Below, piece by piece: positions 54,641 through 63,435 of a stretch of 64,000 nt of DNA. This DNA is from Vulcanimicrobiota bacterium (GTDB taxonomy: Bacteria > Vulcanimicrobiota > Vulcanimicrobiia > Eremiobacterales > Eremiobacteraceae), in the NCBI GenBank assembly GCA_963806005.1, contig CAWDWJ010000008.1, forward strand, positions 276,531 to 340,530. Direction: 5' to 3'. Positions within the stretch are counted from its first letter, which is position 1; every line of letters starts with the position of its first letter. Made by a program: the position numbers and the translations under genes. A model generated the notes under the pieces. The model saw only the letters and a program-made list of their open reading frames with translations, was not told the origin of the DNA and made no database searches.

Positions 54641-56149
54641 GTGCCACGCTCTCACGTATTTACAAAGGGCATGCGAATACTTTTCGGACGCGGCGCAGAC
54701 GAGCCGGGCTCAGCCGCACCACCCCCAACCGGCGGTCTCGAGCGAACGGCGTACACCGCTGCCGCCGTATTGCTCGTCGCCCTCTTGGTCTCGATCGTGG
54801 GATCCGTCGTCACCTACGTCCGCGTCAACGCGGCCTACGTTCGCCAGAACTCCATCGCTCTCGCAGAAGAGCAGCTCGAGGATTGCATGCGCAACCAGCT
54901 CGACGAAGAGGCCGCGCTGCGCGGGTTCTTGGCGTCCGGGCAGCGGGTGTTCCTCGAGCCCTACTACCGGGCGCATCCCGACTTCGCCACGCACGTCGAC
55001 GAGCTGCAGCGCCAGCTCGAACGCGCGTCGTTGCAGGAGGGCTACGAGATCGCGTTCGACATGCGACGCTCGCACGCCATCTGGGAGAAGGAGATCGCAC
55101 AGCCGCTCATCGCCCAACCGTCGGCCGGGGGCGAGCTCATGCGCATCAAGAGCGGAAAGATCCTCTCCGATGAGATACGACGCGACCACGACCAGCTGAC
55201 ACTCATCCTCGAAGACCAGTCGACGGCCGCCCAAGACGCCGTCAAGACGTTGCTCCTGCGTGCGGCCTTGCTGACCGCCGCCCTCATGTTGCTCTTCGGC
55301 CTGTCGGCCATCATCGCCGACATCGTGCGATCCCGGACCCAGGTGGCCCTCGAGCGCGAGCGCATGGTGGGCGACACGCTGCAGCGCGCGTTCCTCAGCG
55401 GCTGGGACGTCATCTCCTATCTCCGCGTGGGGACGGCGTATCTGTCGGCCGCCCGCAACGTCGCCGTCGGCGGCGACCTCTTCGACGTCCACCGTATCGA
55501 CGAGAACCGCTGCCTGCTCGTGGTCGCCGACGTGTCCGGCAAGGGCCTCGACGCCGCGGTGGACACCGCGTTTGTCAAGTATTCGCTGCGTGCGCTCGTC
55601 GAGGACCACCACGACCCGACGACCCTGCTGCGCAAGTTCAACACGTCCTTCATCAAATCGATCCGCGACGAGACGTCGTTCGTCAGCCTGTTCGCGGGAG
55701 TGCTCGACGCCAGGTCGCAGACCCTGCGCTACGCGAGCGCCGGCCACTCGCCCGTCTACCTGCGGCGCGGCGACCAGGTGAGCCAGCTGCCGGTGACCGG
55801 GCCGCTCATCGGCTTGCGCAGCGAAGACGAGTTCCCGTCGGTCGACGAGGTGCTGTTCCCGCACGACATCCTCGTGCTGGCCACCGACGGGTTCACCGAA
55901 GCACGCGACACCGCGGGGGTGATGATCGATGACGCCGGCGCCATGCGCATCATCCGCGAGGCGCCCAAGCAGCCGCAGAAGCTGGCCGACTACATCGTCG
56001 CCGCGGTGACCCGCGCTTCGGGCGGCCGCATCGCCGACGACCTGGCGCTGCTCATCATCGAGCTTGCTCCCCCGGAGGGGGCAGATGCCAAGGCCGCCCG
56101 CGCGGGCCAAACCCAGGCCGCATCAGCGTTTGCGGCGTCTCGGGCGTAA
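54641..56149 (+). CDS. CHASE3-sensor PP2C/SpoIIE-family serine phosphatase
   Basis: TM - CHASE3-like (EEAALRGFLASGQRVFLEPYY) - TM - PP2C (GGDLFDV, VADVSGKGLDAA, LATDGFTEA). The exact start is uncertain. Confidence 0.8.
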   Translation: MPRSHVFTKGMRILFGRGADEPGSAAPPPTGGLERTAYTAAAVLLVALLVSIVGSVVTYVRVNAAYVRQNSIALAEEQLEDCMRNQLDEEAALRGFLASGQRVFLEPYYRAHPDFATHVDELQRQLERASLQEGYEIAFDMRRSHAIWEKEIAQPLIAQPSAGGELMRIKSGKILSDEIRRDHDQLTLILEDQSTAAQDAVKTLLLRAALLTAALMLLFGLSAIIADIVRSRTQVALERERMVGDTLQRAFLSGWDVISYLRVGTAYLSAARNVAVGGDLFDVHRIDENRCLLVVADVSGKGLDAAVDTAFVKYSLRALVEDHHDPTTLLRKFNTSFIKSIRDETSFVSLFAGVLDARSQTLRYASAGHSPVYLRRGDQVSQLPVTGPLIGLRSEDEFPSVDEVLFPHDILVLATDGFTEARDTAGVMIDDAGAMRIIREAPKQPQKLADYIVAAVTRASGGRIADDLALLIIELAPPEGADAKAARAGQTQAASAFAASRA

Positions 56150-56365
56150 GTGGCGTCCGGACGCTGCGGGCTTGCCTGTGAGGACTGCGGAGAGGTGCTG
56201 TGGATCAGCCAGGGCATGCTGCACGTGCGCTGGCTGCGCGATCGCGAGCATATCGTCCGCGAGGTGGCGCTGCATTCATCCGCGGGCCTGGAGACGTGGA
56301 TGAACGACGGCCTCGCCTTTCTCGACGAGCACCGGGGTCACGGCGTCGTGGTCGTCAGCGAGTAA
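56150..56365 (+). CDS. hypothetical small protein (71 aa)
   Basis: GTG start abutting the phosphatase stop codon; high third-position G+C. No family recognised. Confidence 0.4.
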   Translation: MASGRCGLACEDCGEVLWISQGMLHVRWLRDREHIVREVALHSSAGLETWMNDGLAFLDEHRGHGVVVVSE

Positions 56366-56371
56366 GCGGCG

Positions 56372-56403
56372 AATAAAAAAGAGCGAAGGGCAACTTCGCT
56401 CTT
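56372..56403 (-). terminator. rho-independent terminator of the 13-aa peptide gene
   Basis: Stem AAGAGCGAAG / CTTCGCTCTT with loop GGCAA and a run of T on the minus strand. Confidence 0.7.
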
Positions 56404-56434
56404 CCTCTATGTAACGCTCGACGTTACCTTGTGG

Positions 56435-56476
56435 TTATTTCTTCTTCTTGGCCTTAGCCTTTTTCTTCTTTGCCAT
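56435..56476 (-). CDS. tiny Lys-rich peptide MAKKKKAKAKKKK (13 aa)
   Basis: ATG preceded by GGAGGTG (7-nt spacer) and followed by its own terminator. Leader is homologous to that of 56697-56852. Confidence 0.45.
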   Translation of the reverse strand: MAKKKKAKAKKKK

Positions 56477-56649
56477 TTTCGAACACCTCCATCCTGCGGA
56501 GTAAATGGGGTGACTCGCTCACTACTTGAGCTTGGATGACGTAGTTGCCCTTGGCGCAGGTTTTTTCCTTCTGCCCGACCCACCGATCCGTTGCGCTCAG
56601 ATCGCGGATGATTTTTTCTCGCGCGCCTCACCGCGCGCTTCGTCACAAG

Positions 56650-56678
56650 AAAAAAGAGCGAAGGTTCTCTTCGCTCTT
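56650..56678 (-). terminator. rho-independent terminator of the 51-aa basic protein gene
   Basis: Same stem sequence AAGAGCGAAG / CTTCGCTCTT as at 56379-56403, with a 5-nt loop and a T-run on the minus strand. Confidence 0.7.
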
Positions 56679-56696
56679 GTCAATCTTCGGGTTGGT

Positions 56697-56852
56697 TCAG
56701 CTTCCGAGCGCGCGTCGTACCTTTGCTCTACGCACCGCCTTCTTGACGGCTCGTTTGACTCTGCGCCGGCGTACTGCCTTGCGGACCTTCGCTCTGCGGA
56801 CGGCCTTTCTGACCTTCCGTTTCGCGACGGCCTTTCTGATTCTCTTCGCCAT
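56697..56852 (-). CDS. small Arg/Lys-rich repeat protein (51 aa)
   Basis: MAKRIRKAVAKRKVRKAVRRAKVRKAVRRRRVKRAVKKAVRRAKVRRALGS. GGAGGTG 5 nt upstream of the ATG; own terminator; internal 27-nt repeats. Confidence 0.55.
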   Translation of the reverse strand: MAKRIRKAVAKRKVRKAVRRAKVRKAVRRRRVKRAVKKAVRRAKVRRALGS

Positions 56853-56939
56853 AGTGACACCTCCATTCTGCGGAGTGAATGGGAATGGCTCACACGGGAG
56901 CTCGGATATTGTACTTGCTTCTCGTAGAGAGGTATTCCT

Positions 56940-57989
56940 TTACGCGTGAATGCGCGGATCGACCCGGTCGCGCAGCGGCATTCCCATGCGATGATACTTC
57001 GCAGCGATCATCTCAGCGAGAATCGCGACCGCGATCTCTTCCGGGGATTGCGCACCGATGTCAAGACCGATCGGGCCATGCAGGCGCTCGACGACGTCTG
57101 CGGCGATGCCGGCGTCGAGCAGGCGCGCGCGCCGCTGCGCTTGCGTCTTCTTCGAGCCGATCGCGCCAACGTAGCGCGCACGACCGGGCAGCACCCGCAC
57201 CAAGGTGGGGTCGTCGAACTTCTCGTCGTGCGTCAGCACGGCGATATAGGTGTTCTCGTCGATCGTCAGACCGGGCAGGGCGTCATCTGGCCATTCGACG
57301 ATGAGCGAGGCCGCGTCCGGAAAGCGCTCGCGGTTGCACAGGGTCGGACGCGGGTCGATCACCGTCACCGCAAAGCCGGCCCGGGCCGCCATCGAACACA
57401 GCGCCATGGCGATATGGACCGCCCCCACGAGGATCGCCTGGGGACGGGGTATGCTGACGTCCACGAACATCTGATACTCGCCGACCGCGACGGTGGTCGA
57501 GCGTCCGGCGGCGATGAGGTCGCGCGCGAGCTCCGCGGCCTGGGCCTGCGCCTCGTCGTCGCCGAGGTCGCCCGTCACCCTACCCTCGGCCGCCACCACG
57601 ACCTTGCGTCCGACATTGCGCGGCCCGCGCACGATCGTGCAGACGGCGAACGCGCCGCCGGCGCTCGTGTCGGGAAGCGATACGAGCGGCTCGATGAAGA
57701 CGTCGATCGCACCGCCGCACGAGAGCCCGACATCCCACATCATGTCGCGATTGATGCCGTAGCGGACGATGGCCGGCGCGCCGCTTTCGATGACCGCTTT
57801 GGCCTCCTCGGCAACCGCGGATTCCACGCAGCCGCCGCTCACCGATCCCGCGACGAGTCCCGAGGCCGAGATCGCCATCTTCGCGCCTTCAGAGCGCGGC
57901 GCGGAGCCGTCGACCTTGATGACCGTGGCGAGCGCCAGACGTTCGCCCCGCTTTTGCCATTGCGCGATGCTGTCGATGATGTCTTCCAT
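56940..57989 (-). CDS. XdhC/CoxI-family molybdoenzyme maturation protein
   Basis: Start MEDIIDSIAQWQKRGERLALATVI (CAT at 57987-57989). Motifs SVSGGCVE, and a Rossmann-like AILVGAVHIAMAL. Confidence 0.8.
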   Translation of the reverse strand: MEDIIDSIAQWQKRGERLALATVIKVDGSAPRSEGAKMAISASGLVAGSVSGGCVESAVAEEAKAVIESGAPAIVRYGINRDMMWDVGLSCGGAIDVFIEPLVSLPDTSAGGAFAVCTIVRGPRNVGRKVVVAAEGRVTGDLGDDEAQAQAAELARDLIAAGRSTTVAVGEYQMFVDVSIPRPQAILVGAVHIAMALCSMAARAGFAVTVIDPRPTLCNRERFPDAASLIVEWPDDALPGLTIDENTYIAVLTHDEKFDDPTLVRVLPGRARYVGAIGSKKTQAQRRARLLDAGIAADVVERLHGPIGLDIGAQSPEEIAVAILAEMIAAKYHRMGMPLRDRVDPRIHA

Positions 57990-58009
57990 GGTTGGATCCG
58001 CTCCCCGCG

Positions 58010-59254
58010 TCAGCTTGCGTCCTCGAGCGTTCGGGATTGCGCGCGCGCGGGCCGCCGCCGGTCGACCGCGCGTAACGCCAGGACGAGCTGGACAAGGCTC
58101 TTGAGATTGTGCGCCGGCAGAAAGTCGTCGATGAACGGCAGCGCCGCGCGCATGCCGATGGTCTGAGGCCGGTAGTTGCGCCCACCAAGCAGCGGGTTGA
58201 GCCAGATCAAGCGATAGCTCATGCGCTGCAAGCGCTGCATCTCCCGCGCGAGCAGGCCGATGTCGCCACGGTCCCAACCGTCGCTGATGATGATGACGAT
58301 CGCGCCGCGCGCGAGCACCCTGCGCGCCCAGTTGATGTTGAACTCGTGCAGGCTCTCGCCGATGCGCGTCCCGCCGCCCCAGTCTGCCACGCTCGCCGCG
58401 ACTTCATCGAGCGCTTCGTTGACGTCGCGCCGCCGGATCTGCCTCGTGATGCGTGTGAGGCGCGTGCCGAAGACGAACGCCTCGACGCGGCCTATGGCGC
58501 GGCGCATGGCGTGGACGAATTGCAGCAGGAGGCGCGCATAACGGTCCATGGAGCCCGAGATGTCGCAGAGCAGCACGACATCGCGCTGCTTGAGGCGCGG
58601 CGCCCGCGTGCGCAGGTCGAGCGGTTCGCCGAACTGACGGAGGCTCGCGCGTAGCGTCCGGCGCGCATCGAAAACGCCGCCGCCCGCGCCCGGCGCGGTG
58701 CGCCGTGATACGCGCTTGCCAAGCTCGAGCTGTTTGTGGCGGCTCAACTCGTGCGCCAGCTGCACCTCGGCCGCGGTCAGACGCGAGAAGTCTTTTTCGC
58801 CGAGCGCTTCGGCGAAGCTATAGGTGAAGCTGCGGTCGCCCTGGGGGACCACCTTCGCATCGGCGGGCGCTACGTGAGCGTCGCTCTGCGCGGCCGGTTC
58901 GGCGTGTGGTCGGCCCTGCTCGGCGGCTGCCTGTTGGGCCGGGAGCGCGGGCCGACCGTCGGCGTCGGCGCCCGGCACGTTCTCGTTGTGCTCGTCTCGC
59001 TCGTCAGGTCCGCGCGACATCCCTGCGCTCGACCAGAACGCGTCGAAGGCGGCGTCGAAACGGCGCCGCTCGTCCGCGCTGCGCACGAAGACGCAGCGTC
59101 CTGCCGCTTTGACGTCTTCGCGTGAGGAGAACCCGATCTGCGTGAGCGCTCGGGCGAAGAGCACGATGCGATCGGGCTGGGCGCCGAGGCCGAACCTGCG
59201 CAGCACGCGGCCGAAGATGATGAGGTTGAGCGCGATCGTTGGGGCGCCCGTCAT
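58010..59254 (-). CDS. coxE: VWA-domain protein, CoxE family
   Basis: CoxE-like N-terminus (FGRVLRRFGL) and VWA MIDAS (VLLCDISGSM). 4-nt overlap with coxD. Confidence 0.75.
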   Translation of the reverse strand: MTGAPTIALNLIIFGRVLRRFGLGAQPDRIVLFARALTQIGFSSREDVKAAGRCVFVRSADERRRFDAAFDAFWSSAGMSRGPDERDEHNENVPGADADGRPALPAQQAAAEQGRPHAEPAAQSDAHVAPADAKVVPQGDRSFTYSFAEALGEKDFSRLTAAEVQLAHELSRHKQLELGKRVSRRTAPGAGGGVFDARRTLRASLRQFGEPLDLRTRAPRLKQRDVVLLCDISGSMDRYARLLLQFVHAMRRAIGRVEAFVFGTRLTRITRQIRRRDVNEALDEVAASVADWGGGTRIGESLHEFNINWARRVLARGAIVIIISDGWDRGDIGLLAREMQRLQRMSYRLIWLNPLLGGRNYRPQTIGMRAALPFIDDFLPAHNLKSLVQLVLALRAVDRRRPARAQSRTLEDAS

Positions 59255-60165
59255 GCGGGGACGGCGGCCTTCTTCGCCTCGTGCACGCGTGCCGCCAGGC
59301 CTGCGTGACGGATCTTCTTGACGTCTTCTTGATACTTGAGGAGCGCGCCGATGGTCTGGGCTGTGACCGTCTCGTCGAGCGTCGTCGTGCCGAGCGCGAC
59401 GAGCGCGGCTGCCCAGTCGATCGTCTCCGCCACGCCGGGCTGCTTGTAGAGCGCTTCCGAGCGCAGGGAAGCGACGAACGCCGCGGCCTCTCGGGCGAGC
59501 GTCCGGCTGATGCCGGGGACCTTGGCTTCGGTGATCTGGGCTTCGCGGGCCAGGTCCGGGTAATCGATCCAGTGGTACAGACAGCGGCGTTTGAGCGCGT
59601 CGTGGACCTCGCGCGTGCGGTTGCTCGTGAGGACGACGATAGGTGGATGCTTGGTCGAGAACGTGCCGATCTCGGGCACAGTCACGGTGAAATCCGACAA
59701 GAGCTCGAGCAGAAAGGCTTCGAATTCCTCATCGGCACGATCGATCTCGTCGATGAGCAGCACGGCGGGGGCATCGCCGCTGTCCTCGATGGCCTGCAAT
59801 AGCGGGCGCTTGATGAGGAACTCAGGACCGAAGATCTCGCGCTCGGTCGCCTCCGAGGATGCAAGACCGCCGCGCGCCTCTGCAAGTCGTATGTGGAGGA
59901 TCTGCCGCGCGTAGTTCCATTCATACACCGCGTGGTTGACGTCGAGGCCTTCGTAGCATTGCAGGCGGATGAGCCGGCGCTGCAGACCGTTCGCCAGCAC
60001 TTTGGCGACCTCGGTCTTGCCCACGCCCGCTTCACCTTCCAGGAAGAGCGGTTTGCCCAGACGCAGGCCTAGGAAGATGGAGACCGCCAGACTGCGGTCC
60101 GCGATGTAGCGGTGCTCTTCGAGCAGACGGCTCACGTCCTCGATGGACTGCGGCATGTGCTCCAT
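59251..60165 (-). CDS. coxD: MoxR-type AAA+ ATPase, CoxD family
   Basis: Start MEHMPQSIEDV. Walker A GEAGVGKT, Walker B LLIDEIDRA. Confidence 0.8.
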   Translation of the reverse strand: MEHMPQSIEDVSRLLEEHRYIADRSLAVSIFLGLRLGKPLFLEGEAGVGKTEVAKVLANGLQRRLIRLQCYEGLDVNHAVYEWNYARQILHIRLAEARGGLASSEATEREIFGPEFLIKRPLLQAIEDSGDAPAVLLIDEIDRADEEFEAFLLELLSDFTVTVPEIGTFSTKHPPIVVLTSNRTREVHDALKRRCLYHWIDYPDLAREAQITEAKVPGISRTLAREAAAFVASLRSEALYKQPGVAETIDWAAALVALGTTTLDETVTAQTIGALLKYQEDVKKIRHAGLAARVHEAKKAAVPA

Positions 60166-60232
60166 GGGCTTACCTGGGTTCACGATGAGAAAGCGGGCCG
60201 CCTGCGCGCGACAAAAGTCGTGCCACGTATGA

Positions 60233-60796
60233 GTGTGGCAGGGCGATTCCGGCCCCGTCGCAAAACGGTGGACAGTGATCCGTTGGCTTGTCGGCGGCCT
60301 CGTGGTGGTCGCCGTTGTCGTCCTCATCGCAGCCCTGTATCCGAATGCGAACGCTCCCGACCGTGGGCCGGCTCAAGTGATCGGCGGTCAGATGCCAGCG
60401 CTGACCCTGCCCGCGCTGCGCGGCCCCGATGTGAGTCTCACAGCCTTGCGCGGCAAAGACGTGCTCGTGAACGTGTGGGCGACCTGGTGCGGACCGTGCC
60501 GGCGGGAGATGCCGGCGCTCGGCAAGCTGACACGGGCGATGGGACCGCGGCTCACCGTCGTGGCCATCGATCAGGGGGAAGATGCGCAGGTCGTGAACGC
60601 CTATGTCAGACAGTTCGGAGTGGATTTCCCGGTCTATCTCGATCGCCAGCAGCGCGTCGGCACGATGATGCACTTGGTCGGCCTGCCGAGCTCGTTCTTC
60701 GTCGATCGCTCGGGAGTCGTCCGCGACGCGGTTGATGGCGAGATGACCTATCAGATGATGATGGAGAAAGCGCAGCGGCTCGTCGCCGGCGGTTGA
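60233..60796 (+). CDS. TlpA/ResA-like thiol-disulfide oxidoreductase
   Basis: TM anchor and WATWCGPCRREMP active site. An alternative GTG start at 60275 is possible. Confidence 0.85.
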   Translation: MWQGDSGPVAKRWTVIRWLVGGLVVVAVVVLIAALYPNANAPDRGPAQVIGGQMPALTLPALRGPDVSLTALRGKDVLVNVWATWCGPCRREMPALGKLTRAMGPRLTVVAIDQGEDAQVVNAYVRQFGVDFPVYLDRQQRVGTMMHLVGLPSSFFVDRSGVVRDAVDGEMTYQMMMEKAQRLVAGG

Positions 60797-60803
60797 TACA
60801 CTG

Positions 60804-61487
60804 ATGAAACAGCGATTCCGTAGAGCCGCGATCCTTCCCACCCTCAAGGCGATGGCGCTCGTCGCGCTCGCCGTCTTCTTGTTCGCCGTGGTGGCGACGG
60901 GCGGCTGCAGCTCGAGCTCGACGCCGAACGTCATCAACAACTCTCCGACGCCGACGGTGACGCCGACGCCGTCCGGGTCTCCGACGCCGACGCCGTCCCC
61001 GACGCCGACGCCCACGCCTACCCCGACCGCGGTCGATTTCGTCGTCCTGGCGTATTCAAGCGTCGCACCGACCACCGATCCTACCTATGGGCAGATCGAC
61101 GGATTCGGCGTCGCGACCGCCAAGCCGACCTCGACGCCGCTCCCCGCCGTCGTCTCGCAAGTCGTCACCGTGCACTGCAACCAGACGATCCAGTTCTTCA
61201 ACCTCGATCGTCTGCAGCCGCACACGGCCTCGCTCTTAGGTCCCGCGACGCCGCCGACGTGGCCCGCATGGAACAACGTCAACGGTGCGATCGTGGGCAG
61301 CTCGCTGCTCACCGCGATCACCTACCCGCAGTTCTCGACGGGAACGCTCTTCGCATACCCATCGACCTCCTCGAGCTCGCTTGTGTACTCCACCGGCACG
61401 GCTGCGGGTGTGTTCTACTTCGGCGACTACTATCAATACCAAGCAAATCCGGCGATGAGGACCGCGATCGACATCCTCTGTCCTTAG
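60804..61487 (+). CDS. lipoprotein with PT linker and a cupredoxin-like domain lacking the copper ligands
   Basis: Lipobox ATGGC and a (PT)n linker. C-terminal domain is collinear with 61631-62251, but the C-x2-H-x5-M position reads FGDYYQYQANPAM. Confidence 0.6.
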   Translation: MKQRFRRAAILPTLKAMALVALAVFLFAVVATGGCSSSSTPNVINNSPTPTVTPTPSGSPTPTPSPTPTPTPTPTAVDFVVLAYSSVAPTTDPTYGQIDGFGVATAKPTSTPLPAVVSQVVTVHCNQTIQFFNLDRLQPHTASLLGPATPPTWPAWNNVNGAIVGSSLLTAITYPQFSTGTLFAYPSTSSSSLVYSTGTAAGVFYFGDYYQYQANPAMRTAIDILCP

Positions 61488-61630
61488 TCCCGGTTTTTTC
61501 AGCATAGCATTCAGCACCGTTTCATCCCCTCGCAGTACGCTCATGTAGGCGGGTGGGATGTTGCGCCCTGTCGTTCCACCCGCCACAATCGCGGATCGCG
61601 ATATGATCGGGGCGGGAGGAACGGGATATC

Positions 61631-62251
61631 GTGAATCTTCAAGCGATTTTCAGATTACCGGCGACTTTGGGGGCGATCGCCGTCGCGAGCGCACTGGCCG
61701 TGGCGGCGTGCGGCGGCGGTGGCGGCAGCAGCCTCAACGGCCAAGGCTGTATGTCCTACGGCGGCGGCGGCGGTAATGGATCCGGAAACTGTGCGGGCCA
61801 TCCAGCGCCGAGTCCGACGCCGGCGCCATCTGTGGCAGCGGTCGGGATTTTGCTCAGTGGGGAATCGATGGTCGCGGCCGTCACCTACGGCAACGTGCTG
61901 GGCTTCTTCAACGGTGTGAGCGGCAACCCGCCGAGCGGTTCGGGCGTCGTGAATCTCACCGCCGCAACCAACGTCCAGTTCTTGAACTTCGAACCCAGTG
62001 CCGGCGGCTTTGGTCAGCACACGGCAAGTTTCATCCAGGCGTGGAGTGGATCGTTTCCGGCAACACCGACGATCCCGTCGACCGCCGCTGCCGCGGGCAC
62101 GTCCATCAGCAGCACCGGTTTTAGCACGGGACCCATCAACCCGGCCAGCGCGTCGGCCATCTACAATTCAGGCGGTCCGGGGATCTTCATCTTCGGCTGC
62201 GCCTTCCATTATGTGTCAAATGGCATGCGCACGGTCATCATCGTGACCTGA
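61631..62251 (+). CDS. cupredoxin-like (type 1 copper) lipoprotein
   Basis: Lipobox VAAC and a Gly-rich linker. Candidate ligands are His in QHTASF and C-x2-H-x5-M in FGCAFHYVSNGM. Confidence 0.6.
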   Translation: MNLQAIFRLPATLGAIAVASALAVAACGGGGGSSLNGQGCMSYGGGGGNGSGNCAGHPAPSPTPAPSVAAVGILLSGESMVAAVTYGNVLGFFNGVSGNPPSGSGVVNLTAATNVQFLNFEPSAGGFGQHTASFIQAWSGSFPATPTIPSTAAAAGTSISSTGFSTGPINPASASAIYNSGGPGIFIFGCAFHYVSNGMRTVIIVT

Positions 62252-62325
62252 CGTCAAGCGCGCTCCGCTCGGCGCAGTGAGGGGCTGGACGAACGTCTAG
62301 CCCCTTCGCATTGCCTGATCTAGGC

Positions 62326-63363
62326 TTAGCTCGCCTTGCTCCGCGCGCTGAGGGAGGGGAGTATTTTGATGAAGTTCTGCGCGAGCGTGTCGTAGTCGGG
62401 TGACTCGTACTCTTCGACGCGACCCGCATCGCACAGCTGCGTGAGCGCGGGGTCGATGGGCAGCTGGGCGAGCAGCGGCGCACCGCTCTCCACCACGAGC
62501 TGCACGCCCTTTGACGCACCGAAGAGCTCGAAGCGAGTGCCCGTCTGGGCGTCCTGGAAGTACGACATGTTCTCGACCAGGCCGACGATCGGCACCTTGA
62601 GCTGCTGCGCGAGCTTGACCGCCTTGCTGACGATCATGGTGGTCAGGCCTTGCGGCGTCGTCACGAGCACGACGCCCGAGACCGGCAGCGCTTGCAACAC
62701 GGTGAGCGGAGCATCCGACGTGCCCGGCGGCAGGTCGATGAAGAGATAATCGATCGCGCCCCATTCCAGGTCCGTGTAGAACTGTTGGATGGCGCGCGAG
62801 ACCATGGGGCCGCGCCAGATCACCGCGTCACCTTCGTTGTCGAGGATGAGGTTCATGGACATGATGGGGATGCCACCGCGCGTGGCGGGCGGGTGCGGCT
62901 TCTTGTCGGCGCCTTCGTAGGGCCGCTCGCTGACGCCGAACAGACGCGCCATGCTCGGGCCTGTGATGTCCGCGTCGAGGATGCCGACCTTGTATCCGCG
63001 CTTGTGCAACGCGACGGCGAGCAATGCGGTGACAAGCGACTTGCCGACGCCGCCTTTGCCGGACATGATGGCCACGACGTGCTCGATGCCGGGCTTGCGC
63101 GTGCGCTCGGGTGGTGGCGTCTTGGCGGCCATCGCCGGCCGCTCGCGCGGAGGCGGCACCGTGCCGTCGGCGATGAAGCGGTTGAGATCGGCGACGAGCG
63201 CATCGAGGTCGAGACGGTGCGCGCCCGCCCCCTGACGGATAGTCTCGTGCGTCGAGACGTGACAACCTGCGCAGGGCAATCCGTGCGCGCCGAAGACGCG
63301 GTCGGCGCCGGGATGCTTCTCGACGACTTCCTTGATCGTGATGTCGGGTGAGATGGAGCTCAT
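62326..63363 (-). CDS. Mrp/NBP35 (ApbC) Fe-S cluster carrier ATPase with N-terminal DUF1858-like domain
   Basis: Deviant Walker A SGKGGVGKS. N-terminal ITIKEVVEKHPGADRVFGAHGLPCAGCHVS. Confidence 0.85.
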   Translation of the reverse strand: MSSISPDITIKEVVEKHPGADRVFGAHGLPCAGCHVSTHETIRQGAGAHRLDLDALVADLNRFIADGTVPPPRERPAMAAKTPPPERTRKPGIEHVVAIMSGKGGVGKSLVTALLAVALHKRGYKVGILDADITGPSMARLFGVSERPYEGADKKPHPPATRGGIPIMSMNLILDNEGDAVIWRGPMVSRAIQQFYTDLEWGAIDYLFIDLPPGTSDAPLTVLQALPVSGVVLVTTPQGLTTMIVSKAVKLAQQLKVPIVGLVENMSYFQDAQTGTRFELFGASKGVQLVVESGAPLLAQLPIDPALTQLCDAGRVEEYESPDYDTLAQNFIKILPSLSARSKAS

Positions 63364-63435
63364 GCTTCCCTAGCGTTCGCCACAAAGGACCGCAAATACC
63401 GCTCACGAACCCCGTCGCACGGAGATTTGATACAG

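Noticed and set aside
60950-61030. CCGACGCCGACG-type tandem nucleotide repeats.
   Set aside because: They encode the (Pro-Thr)n linker of the lipoprotein 60804-61487. Similar PT or Pro-rich linkers occur in 11186-12502 and 13318-14010. These are coding low-complexity sequence, not an independent repeat element.
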